Assembly: GCA_026770705.1 (NCBI GenBank)
Contig: JANJGN010000042.1
Coordinates: 3,844,001 to 3,908,000 of the forward strand
DNA length: 64,000 bases
Reading direction: 5' to 3'
DNA from: Isurus oxyrinchus
Lineage: Eukaryota
How positions within the stretch are numbered: position 1 is the first letter of the stretch; each line of letters opens with the position of its first letter. The notes below the pieces were generated by a model. That model was not told the DNA's origin. It saw only the letters and a program-made list of their open reading frames with translations, and ran no database searches. The position numbers were made by a program, and so were the translations under genes. This document shows, piece by piece, positions 25,897 through 37,129 of the stretch.

Positions 25897-27027
25897 TGAT
25901 ACAATGCATTGATTAATATCAACAGAGACAGGGTCTGTTACACTGATTACTGTTACAATGTATGGATTGAAATAAACCTAAAGAGGGTGTTACACAGTGA
26001 CTAATGATATAATGTCTGCATTAATATAAATGGAGATAGGGTCTCTTTTAGTGGTGACTGATACAAGGCATGGATTAACATCAACTGAGGTAGGGTCTAT
26101 TACAGTAATTACTAATACGGGGCCTAGATTAATATAAAATGAGGGAAGGCCTATTTCAATGATTACTGTTACAATGTATGGATTACTATAGACGTACAAA
26201 GGGTCTATTTCAGTGATTACTATACATGGCCTGTATTAGTATATACTGAGGCAGGGTCTCTTTCAGTGGTTACTGATACAATGCATTGATTAATATCAAC
26301 AGCGACAGGGTCTGTTACAGTGAATACTGTTACAATGTATGGATTGAAATAAACTTAAAGAGGGTCTTATACAGTGACTAATGATATAATGTCTGCATTA
26401 ATATAAATGGAGATAGGGTCTCTTTTAGTGGTGACTGATACAAGGTATGGATTAATATCAACTGAGGCAGGATCCATTACAGTAATTACTAATACGGGGC
26501 CTAGATTAATATAAAATGAGGGAAGGCCTATTTCAATGATTACTGTTACAATGTATGGATTACTATAGATGTACAAAGGGTCTATTTCAGTGATTACTAT
26601 ACATGGCCTGTATTAGTATATACTGAGGCAGGGTCTCTTTCAGTGGTTACTGATACAATGCATTGATTAATATCAACAGCGACAGGGTCTGTTACAGTGA
26701 ATACTGTTACAATGTATGGATTGAAATAAACTTAAAGAGGGTCTTATACAGTGACTAATGATATAATGTCTGCATTAATATAAATGGAGATAGGGTCTCT
26801 TTTAGTGGTGACTGATACAAGGTATGGATTAATATCAACTGAGGCAGGATCCATTACAGTAATTACTAATACGGGGCCTAGATTAATATAAAATGAGGGA
26901 AGGCCTATTTCAATGATTACTGTTACAATGTATGGATTACTATAGACGTACAAAGGGTCTATTTCAGTGATTACTATACATGGCCTGTATTAGTATATAC
27001 TGAGGCAGGGTCTCTTTCAGTGATTAC
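25897..27027 (+). repeat. Three near-identical 377-bp higher-order repeats (7 units minus 1 bp)
   Basis: Same anchor at 25897, 26274, 26651 and 27028; near-identical ORFs at 25990, 26367 and 26744. Confidence 0.95.
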
Positions 27028-28449
27028 TGATACAAGGCGTGGGTTGGTTAATATAATATGAGACAGAGTCTATTACAGTGTTTATTGATACAAGGTCTGG
27101 GCTGGTGTAAATTGAAACAGGGTGTATTACTGCGACTACTAATACAGGGTCTGAATTGATATAATATGATACTGGGTGTAGTACAGTAATTTCTGATGCA
27201 GGGCCTAGGTTAATATACACTGAGACAGGGTCCATTACATTGAACATTGATACAAGGTCTGTGTTAATATAAGGAGAGGCAGAATCTCTTTCAGTGATTG
27301 TTGATACAATGTATGGATTAATATCAAGTGAGCCAATGTCTCTTTTAGTGGTTACTGATGCAACATATGGATAATATCAACTGATGCAGGGTCTATTACA
27401 GTGGTTACTGATACAGGGTCTAGATTAATATAAACTGAGACAGGTTCTGTTACAGTGTTAGTGATATAAGGTCTGGACTGGTGCAAACTGAGACAGCATG
27501 TTTTACAGCAACTACTGACACAGGGTCTGTATTGATATAATCTGAAACTCAGTACAGGACAATGATCACTGATACAGTTCCGGATTAATATAAACTGAGA
27601 CTGGGTCTAGTACAATAATTACTGATATGGGTCCTGGATTGATATAAACTGAGGCAGTGACTAGTACAGTAATTGCTAATACATGGTATGGATTAAGATA
27701 AACTGAAAAAGGGTCAATTAATGTGGTTACCGACATAAAGCCTGCATTAATATAAACTAAGAATGGGTTAAATACATTAAGTAATGATACAGGGCCTAGA
27801 TTAATATAAACTGAGACAGGCTTGATTACAGTGATTACTGATAAATGGTCTCAATTAATTTAAACTTATGCAGAGTCTATTACAAAGATTACTGATACAG
27901 GGTCCAGGTTAATAAAAACTGAGACAAGGCCTATTGAGGTGATTACCAGTACAATATCTGCATTAATATAAACAGCGACAGTGTCTATTCAATTGAATAC
28001 TGATACAAGGCACGGATTAAAATAAATGGAGCCAGTGTGTATTACTGTGAATACTGATACAGGTTATGGGTTAATATAAACTGAGACAGGCTCCATTACA
28101 GCATTCACCAATACAATATCAGTGAATATATAAACTGAGAAAGGGTATTTTACAGTGATTATTGATTCAAGGCATGGATTAATATAAACTGTGACTGGGT
28201 GTATTACAGTGATTGCTGATACATGGTATTGATTAACATAAACTGAGACAGGGTCTATTCCAGTGATTAACAAGACAAGGTCTATATGATAGAAACTGTG
28301 TCAGGGTTTTTACAGGGATTACTGATACAAGTTATTGATTACTATCAACTGAGGCAGGGTCTCTTATGGTGATTACTAATACAAGGTTTGTATTAATAAA
28401 AACTGAGACAGGGTCTCTTTCAGTGCTTACTGATACAAGACATGGATTA

Positions 28450-30345
28450 ATATAAACTGAGACACTGTGAATTACAGTGAATACAGAAACAGGTTATGGG
28501 TTATTATAAACGGAGACAGTGTGTATTACAGTGAATACTGAAACAGGTTATGGGTTATTATAAACTGAGACAGTGTGTATTACAGTGAATACTGAAACAG
28601 GTTATGGGTTATTATAAACTGAGACAGTGCGTATTACAGTGAATACTGAAACAGGTTAGGGGTTAATATAAACTGAGACAGTCTGTATTACAGTGAATAC
28701 TGAAACAGGTTATGGGTTATTATAAACTGAGACAGTGTGTATTACAGTGAATACTGAAACAGGTTATGGGTTATTATAAACTAAGACAGTGTGTATTACA
28801 GTGAATACTGATACAGGTTATGGGTTATTATAAACTGAGGCAGTGTGTATTACAGTGAATACTGAAACAGGTTATGAGTTAATATAAACTGAGACAGTGT
28901 GTATTACAGTGAATACTGAAACAGGTTAATGGTTATTATAAACTGAGACAGTGTGTATTACAGTGAATACTGAAACAGGTTATGGGTTATTATAAACTGA
29001 GACAGTGCGTATTACAGTGAATACTGAATCAGGTTATTGGTTATCATAAACTGAGACAATGTGTATTAGAGTGAATACTGAAACAGGTTATGGGTTATTA
29101 TAAACTGAGACAGTGAGTATTACAGTGAATACTGAATCAGGTTATGGGTTATTATAAACTGAGACAGTGTGTATTACAGTGAATGCTGAAACAGGTTATG
29201 GGTTATTATAAACTGAGACAGTGTGTATTACAGTGAATACTGATACAGGTTATGGGTTATTATAAACTGAGACAGTGTGTATTACAGTGAATACTGAAAC
29301 AGGTTATGGGTTATTATAAACTGAGACAGTGTGTATTACAGTGAATACTGAAACAGGTTATCAGTTATTATAAACGGAGACAGTGTGTATTACAGTGAAT
29401 ACTGAAACAGGTTATGGGTTATTATAAACTGAGACAGTGAGTATTACAGTGAATACTGATACAGGTTATGGGTTATTATAAACTGAGGCAGTGTGTATTA
29501 CAGTGAATACTGAAACAGGTTATGAGTTAATATAAACTGAGACAGTGTGTATTACAGTGAATACTGAAACAGGTTAATGGTTATTATAAACTGAGACAGT
29601 GTGTATTACATTGAATACTGAAACAGGTTATGGGTTATTATAAACTGAGACAGTGTGTATTACAGTGAATACTGAAACAGGTTATTGGTTATTATAAACT
29701 GAGACAATGTGTATTAGAGTGAATACTGAAACAGGTTATGGGTTATTATAAACTGAGACAGTGTGTATTACAGTGAATACTGAAACAGGTTATGGGTTAT
29801 TATAAACGGAGACAGTGAGTGTTACAGTGAATACTGAATCAGGTTATGGGTTATTATAAACTGAGACAGTGTGTATTACAGTGAATACTGAAACAGGTTA
29901 TGGGTTATTATAAACTGAGACAGTGTGTATTACAGTGAATACTGATACAGGTTATGAGTTATTATAAACTGAGACAGTGTGTATTACAGTGAATACTGAA
30001 ACAGGTTATGAGTTAATATAAACTGAGACAGTGTGTATTACAGTGAATACTGAAACAGGTTATGGGTTATTATAAACTGAGACAGTGTGTATTACAGTGA
30101 ATACTGAAACAGGTTATGGGTTGTTATAAACTGAGACAGTTTGTATTACAGTGAATACTGAAACAGGTTATTGGTTATTATAAACTGAGACAGTGTGTAT
30201 TACAATGAATACTGAAACAGGTTATGGGTTATTATAAACTGAGACAGTCTGTATTACAGTGAATACTGAAACAGGTTATGGGTTAATATAAACTGAGACA
30301 GTGTGTATTACAGTGAATACTGAAACAGGTTATGTGTTATTATAA
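28450..30345 (+). repeat. Homogeneous array of ~35 copies of one 54-bp variant
   Basis: Unit TATAAACTGAGACAGTGTGTATTACAGTGAATACTGAAACAGGTTATGGGTTAT. Confidence 0.97.
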
Positions 30346-31559
30346 ACTGAGGCAGCCTCTATTACAGAAATTACTAATACAATATTTGTATTTATATAAA
30401 CCGAGAAAGGTTATTTTGCAGTGATTATTAATGCAAGGCATGGATTAATATAAACTGAGACTGGGTCTATTACAGAGATGACTGATACATGCTATTGATT
30501 AACATAAACTGAGACAGGGTCTATTACAGTGATTACCAATACAAGGTTTATATTGATATAAAGTGTGTCATGGTTTTTACAAGGATTACTGATACAAGGT
30601 ATTGATTACTATCAACTGAGACAGGGTCTTTTGCCGTGATTGTTTGCATTATATAAACTAAGACAGGGTCTCTTTCAGTGGTTACTGATACAAGGTATGG
30701 ATAATATCCACTTAGGCAGGGTTTATTACAGTGATTACTGATACAAAGTCTGTATTCATATAAACAGCGGCAGGGTCTAGTGCAGTGATTACTGGTAAAC
30801 GGCCTAGATTAATATCAACTGCTACAGAACAGGATTGATACTGGGCCCAATTTAATAAAACTGAAGCGGGGCATAAAGCGATAATCTCTGACACAGCACG
30901 GAGTGTAAGTCAACCAGGGATAAATCTGGTGTGGAAACAATTGATGCAGCGCTTTGTGGCATATTGAGAGGGACAGAGAGTAATGCAGTTATAATTAATG
31001 CATAACCTAGTGTAATATACAGAGAGATAGGGTTTAGTGTGACATCATTAGAAAGATCTTACTGTGCAATATAATAAGTGTATTAATTTCGAATTAACAT
31101 AAGCCCCAGCATCACTGATCCATTTGCCAGTGGAACAGCTTCTCCCTAAATATTGAAAAACATTCCTCACACGTTGGACCATTTCTGATAAACCTATCCT
31201 AAGATTCTCGTTGATGAGGAGAGCAATCCCAGTTTTTTGTTGTGCAGAGAGTGAAGGGCAGTGCAAGCTTAAGTTCCAGGAAATCTTCTGTCTTGTTACT
31301 TCGAAATTAGCATTTAACAATCGTTGACACTGTTATATGGGCCCAATGGAAATAAAGTGCACTGTTACAACAGAGTCAGGCTAAGACACCGGGTTACAAG
31401 GCAACGGATCCCTGACAACTAAATTGATGTGTGTAAGACTGGAGCCTGCTCCTGAACTTTATATACATAGAACCAAATGCTATAATTTCAAAATAGCAAC
31501 TGCAACATGTCCAGTGCCTTGCATTAGTGGCTCTCATACATGGACAGTAACCACTACTG

Positions 31560-31660
31560 AACTGAAAACAGAAAGTGCTGGAAAGACTCAGCAGGTCTGG
31601 CAGGGTCTGAGGAGAGAGCAACAGAGTTAACGTTTCGATTCCATGTGAGTTTATTCAGAG
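31560..31660. mobile_element. Half copy of the short inverted-repeat element at 51650
   Basis: aaagtgctggaaagactcagcaggtctggcagg...gagagagcaacagagttaacgtttcga. Confidence 0.65.
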
Positions 31661-31699
31661 CCTCAACTGCAGGTTTGAAGCATGGTCAGGTGGGTGATC

Positions 31700-32210
31700 A
31701 TTCAGATGTGGCGATGGTAATGTCATCTCAGTCTTAGGGAATAGCAGCATCGAGGTACATTAACTGGGCTGGTAATACAGAGAAGATCAGAAATGCTCCA
31801 GAGACATGATTTAAACGCCACGACGGCAGCTGGCGGGATTTCCATTCATTTAATTCACTAAAACCGAAACTGGAATAAAATTACTCATTGCATTAATAAT
31901 CGAACAATCTCATTGTCATGAAGTTGCAACTGGTTCACTAATGTCATTCGGGGAGGAAATCTTACCCTTACCAGCCTGGCCTACGTGAGGCTGGAGCCCC
32001 ACAACAACGTGGTTGACTCTTAACGGCCCTTGGAATGGTCCAGAAGGCCATTTAGTTGGGTCAAAGCACTTCTTGGAAAGTCAAATACGAGGCGCACGGC
32101 ACAAACTGCAGCTGTTGAAGGTGTCGGCTCCCCGCCACCTTCTCAAGGGTACTTATTGCAGGACAGTTAAGGCTGGCCTTGTTTTCGACGTTCACAACAA
32201 AAGAACAAAT
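31700..32210 (+). mobile_element. Degraded SINE with family-A tail
   Basis: Homologous to 5000-5380 and 4850-4930. Confidence 0.7.
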
Positions 32211-32259
32211 AAAAACAACGGTCAAAGCTTTGTAAACCATTACGGATGCTCTCAATGTA

Positions 32260-32560
32260 AAGTAAGGCCAGAAAATCTGGAAACACTCAGCATCATTCTC
32301 CGCTGACACTATTTTACAGCGCAGGGGTATCCTAGACCAATACCTAATGCGCAACTAACATCACTAATAAACAGGTGATCTGGGCTTTTATTACATCTCT
32401 GTTGGTGGGAGCTTCCTGTGCACAAATTGCCTCCTGTAGTTCTAACGTGACACAAGAGATTGTAATTCGAAATAAGGTACATCAATGAGGTTAATGAGAT
32501 ATGTGATTTTGGACCTCCTGAGATGGTGAAATGTGCTGAATAAACACCGAGTTTTTACTC
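32260..32560 (+). mobile_element. DeuSINE-like (SacSINE1-type) element
   Basis: Reverse complement of 47310-47600; family assignment from memory. Confidence 0.55.
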
Positions 32561-33419
32561 AAAGTGAACATGTCAAAACATACGTGGTGCTGTGTTAGAA
32601 AGTCTGAGAAGAATGTGATTAACGGTCATTTCTCTGTTCATTATTTAAACATGTTTATGTGAAAGGGGTTCATCCTTTCACCAATCGATATTCAGCGGAA
32701 TAACAGGCTGCTCAGAAATGCTTAATTGATGTAAGCAGCAGAATTTCCAGAAACATTTTTTCTTAAATTTAATGGCTTCTTTTGTTTAAAATAAATAACA
32801 TCTGTACCAATTGGTTTTCTGAAAATTGTGTTCAATTCTTATACGATCTGTGAATATTCTTAAAATAAACTTGTTTTGCGCTGAACATAATCAATAAGTG
32901 ACTGTTGATCTGATTCTGCTGCCATGAACACCACTTTGAAACTAGTGAGGCGGTTATGTAAATAAACACAGAAATAGACGCCTCAGAATAGAATATTGAG
33001 CGTCGGAAATACAATAGATGTTTCCCCACCAGCAGAGCATGGAAATAACAACAGAGAGAAATGCAAATCACACAAAGGATTCCAGTAATGATTGATAGTT
33101 GGAAGATTTCTGTAAGTTATGGGATAACAATATAAAGATGTTTTTGTGTTCAAAACTGGCGAAGCGTCCTTTGATCCTATATACAGCAGCATTGAAAATG
33201 TGTTTGCGGAGTTTCCTGCATTCTATCCCGCTCTGTCTCCCTTTCTCCCCTATGCCGGGCGTGTCTGGCCTCTCATTAGTGTGTCAGCGTCTGTAACTCA
33301 TAACGTGAAGTCAGTATCTTATCAAAGATTATTCTCACCCCTATTCATTGACTTTTAACGAAATAGATGGCTGTTCACAGAAGGAACTTAACTCTAAAAT
33401 GTGTCTGGTTCACTTAACA

Positions 33420-33730
33420 ACATGGGAGTATTTAATGGGACAGTCTAAAGGGAGCACTCCTCTGCAAATTAACATTCCTATGTCTTCCAGTGAATGGTTT
33501 ATGGGAAATTGTAGAGGGATCTTTTTTCTGCATCTGATACTGCTGCACCATTCTTGGGAGCATTCGATCGAATCATGTAGAGGAACCTTTGTCTATCCAG
33601 CGCTATACATGTCCTGAGAATGTTTGGTGGGATAGTTTAGAGAGACTTTTACTCTGCCTCACCCAGGAATTTACCAATGTGGAGGTAGCTTTACTCTGCG
33701 TCTCCCGTGTCTATCCTTAGGAGTGTGTAA
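33420..33730 (+). repeat. Degenerate minisatellite (gggacagtgtagagggagctttactctg-like units)
   Basis: About 4-5 diverged units visible. Confidence 0.6.
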
Positions 33731-34259
33731 TAGTGTTTCGGACTCAGTGCATGAAATGGTGTTCTAGACCGAATCCCTCATCACATGTCAAAATATATTT
33801 GGATGTTCACTTGAAGTACTGTAGCCCCAAGGGCCCTGGCACAAAAGCTAGGAAGTGGGATTAGACTTGATAGATCATTTCAGGCCATTATGGTTAGGGT
33901 GTGCACAATGGCCTGTTTCTGTGCTGCAGAAAGCTATGATTTTCAGATCCTATGAAGTGCGTTGAGGTCTCAGAAAGTGTACAGAGGAAGGTAATGAGTT
34001 TGTTAACAAGGATCAGGGTCTTTAGTAACAACAATCAATTGGACAAATTGGCAGCATTCTGCTTGTGATAAAGAAGATTAAGCAGAAACCTAAACGCTTT
34101 TTCCAAGATGATGAGAGGTTTGAAAGAGAATTAGCAGAGAACATCAGTTCCTTCTGTTCATTGTGTCAATATCCAGTGATCATAGCTTCAGAACAAATGT
34201 ATATATTGGCAGATTTGTAAAAGGGCGATGAAGAGAAATATTTCGCCAGCAATTGGTTC

Positions 34260-34760
34260 CCTTTATATTACACCAGATCCTGCCTCAATTATTACTCTTT
34301 GAGTTCAAGTCACAGTTCTGGTTTTGCTGAAACCTGTGAAATTTATGGATGCATAATCTGGTATTTGTATTTTTATTACACTAGGCTCTGACACAATTAA
34401 CTCTGTGCTAATCAAGCCTCTGTTTCAGGCCGGCCCCCAAATCTGTTATTACTACATTAGAGCATTTCGCTATATATATTATATAATGCTCTGTTTCAGT
34501 TATTAGTGAACCATACACCATGTCTCTATATGTCGCACTCGACCACGTCTCAGTTATTACTATACTAGAACATGTATGTGTTAATATAACCCTGGATCCT
34601 GTCTCTGTTGTTACTGCACTGGAACTTGTCTCCATTTATGTTTTACATAATTGTTTCTGTTAAAATTGCACTGGAAAATATATCTCTTTATATTTTACAG
34701 TGGGCCCTTTCTCAGTTATTACTGCCCTATACCATGTTTCTGTTAAGCTAACACTTTACC
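34260..34760 (-). repeat. Degenerate 27/54-bp satellite block, reverse orientation
   Basis: gtctcagttattac and cctgtctctgttg units. Confidence 0.7.
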
Positions 34761-35779
34761 CACGCCAGTAAACATTGAATTATATCATGGCAAACGTATT
34801 GGAAACTGGTGAGGAAATAGTGAAGTTAACGCGCAGCACAAAACAATGGAAACAGAAACAATTTTTTTTTATTGAATTTCATTGAGAGTGGAAAGTGTTA
34901 CATTCCATTCCAAGTGAGAGAATTACAGATTTATTATGCTCACGTTAGGTATAGGTACAGTTGCATTTTCACCGCCTCTTGCACGGATCATCACACACTC
35001 GAGTGACGCACAAGTGATCACTTGTCAACAAACAGAGAGAATGGTGGGTAGATGTCCTTTATTCTCCATGTGATTTAATCCACTTTCGAACTGAATTCTG
35101 AGCGCAGCTAAACTCACTTTGGAATCTAAATAGGCATTTTCCACACAAGAACTCGAAAAAGACGTCAGCATCAAGAAACGTTAACGATAATAGATGATCT
35201 GAAATTGCTGGATGGATGGTTCGAAATATAGATAGATAGACTGACAGCCAAACAGACAGGTACGCAGCTAGATGGGTTGACAGATAGAGAGACTGAGATA
35301 CACAACATCTAGCGTAATATATACAGTTTAATGCTAAATAACTTTTTCGGTGGCTCATATGATACAAACAGGGAGATGGTCTTGTATAATGTGAAGAGAT
35401 GTATGCATCAGTGCAATTACTTACTCCAACAGGGCCTAGTGTAAAACACCAACTGAGACTAGGTCTTTTGCACTGCGATCTGAGACAGAGTCCTGTGTAA
35501 TTTAAAGGAACGCATAACCCAGTCATTAAGTATCAGCACCTTTCATGGTCTTAAATACCTCGATCAAAGCCCCTCTTAACACCCTCTATTCTAAGGAAAA
35601 CGATTGAAGATCTCCAAGGTCCAGTAACATTCGGATCAATCTCCTCTTCATCCTCTCTGCGACCTTCAAATGCTTTATAAAACAGAGTTCCTGGAATAAT
35701 TATGTACAATACCCATGGAAACACAATAGGGAGTACTTTAACAAATGTTGTTTTTAATCATTCACTGGGCTGAAGTATT

Positions 35780-36610
35780 TATTTCTCTCTATTCATCCAG
35801 GAGATGTGAGCGTCTCTGACATGGCCAGCATTTCCCCCCATGCTCTGCTGTCCTGGAACTGAATATCTGGCTAGACATTTTCAGAGTCGGAGGATAGTTA
35901 GGAGTGAACCACGTGCTGTGGGCCTGGAGTCACATTTAGGCCAGACTGGGGAAGGATGCATATTTACTTCACCGAATGTTCATTAGTGAATCAGATGCGT
36001 TTATAACAATGAAAATTGTAACCATCCAGTTCCATTTCCATTTTTTCATTCATTCATGGGATTTGTGCGTTTCCAGCTGAACCAACATTCAATAGCCAAA
36101 CACAATTGCCCTTGAGAGGGTGTTAGTGAGCAAACCGCTTGTACTGCTGCAGTCCACGTGCTGTAGGGACACCCACAGTGCTTCTAGGAAGGGAGTTGTA
36201 TGATTTGGACCCAAGGATAGTGAAGAAACAGGGACTTTCCATTGTTGTTACTGTGCTTCTGCTGCCCTTGTTGCCTGGAGAATTGGGGAATATTCCACCA
36301 CACTCCTGACATGTGCCTTGTAGTTTGTGGACAGGTATTTGCAGAATTCCCAGCTTCCGAACGGCTCTTGTCTCAATCGCATTTAAATTCCGCCAGCTGC
36401 TGTGGTGGGATTTGAATTCATGTCCCCAGAGGATGAGTCTGGACCTCTGGCCTAGTGATGAGCCCTTGGGACGCTATAACATTCAAGGCTATGGGCCAAG
36501 TGCTGGTAAATAGGATTAGGTAGGTAGGTAGGTCAAGTGTTTCTCAAGTGCCGGTGCAGACTCGATGGGCCGAAGGGCCTCTTCTGCGCTGTGATTCTGT
36601 GAATCTGTGG
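35780..36610. mobile_element. Cluster of SINE and family-A fragments (minus) plus a young CR1 3' end (plus, ~36465-36610)
   Basis: Homology to 2400-2610 and 6480-6700; caaggctatgggccaagtgctgg...tgtgattctgtgaatctgtg tail. Confidence 0.75.
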
Positions 36611-37009
36611 CAGAGCTACAGCCAGGTCGTGCCTGAGTTAGGGTCTAGTGTAATGTAACCAGAGATAGGGCCTGGTATAATTTAAATGGTAAGTTGCTCC
36701 AGTGCAGTAATAACTGAAACAGAGCCTGGTTAAAATAAACTTAATCATGGTCCAGTACATTAAAAACAGGGACAAGTTCTATGAAATATAAACATAAACA
36801 ATATAGCGCATCAATAACTAAGAAACCGCCTTATGTAACACAAACAGATATTATATGAGGTCAAATTTCAACAAAGATTTTTGGAATTTAAACTTAGTTA
36901 ATTTTATACATCTGAACTATTAAAAATGCCCTCAATATCAGTAATGGGAAACGTGCATCTCCCAGACTCATCAAAACACAGCTGACATATAAAGGTACGT
37001 TTCGGAAAT

Positions 37010-37102
37010 ACATCCCCACACCCCCACCCCCCCACCACCACAACCCCCCCTCTCCCCCACCCCCCCCCCCCCACCCCACCACCCCCCCCCCCCCCCACCA
37101 CC
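37010..37102. repeat. C-rich tract (G-quadruplex-capable on the minus strand)
   Basis: Multiple long C runs. Confidence 0.9.
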
Positions 37103-37129
37103 TTCCATGTTTTTTTTCCCAAAGGGACT

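Larger units (their letters stand above)
20740..31050 (+). repeat. ~10-kb tandem satellite, 54-bp unit built from two related 27-bp halves
   Basis: Consensus AATATAAACTGAGACAGGGTCTATTAC + AGTGATTACTGATACAGGGTCTAGATT. Period 54 measured at 28505 to 28559. Minus-strand ORFs show 18-aa periodicity. Confidence 0.97.

Noticed and set aside
22306-28273. Minus-strand ORFs with 18-aa repeats (VITVIDPVSVYINPDLVS)
   Set aside because: A by-product of a 54-bp unit that is stop-free in one frame. The ORFs are broken by many stops and frameshifts (the higher-order period of 377 is not a multiple of 3) and show no gene structure.
20740-31050. CRISPR-like appearance of the periodic array
   Set aside because: No unique spacers, no cas genes, and a vertebrate context.
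33061-33068. Perfect octamer ATGCAAAT
   Set aside because: Isolated, 15 kb from VH, with no leader or V exon nearby; expected by chance.
33146-33358. ORF containing IENVF...FYPAL, faintly like a GPR139-like first exon
   Set aside because: No ATG start, no convincing TM1 or donor, and no second exon found.
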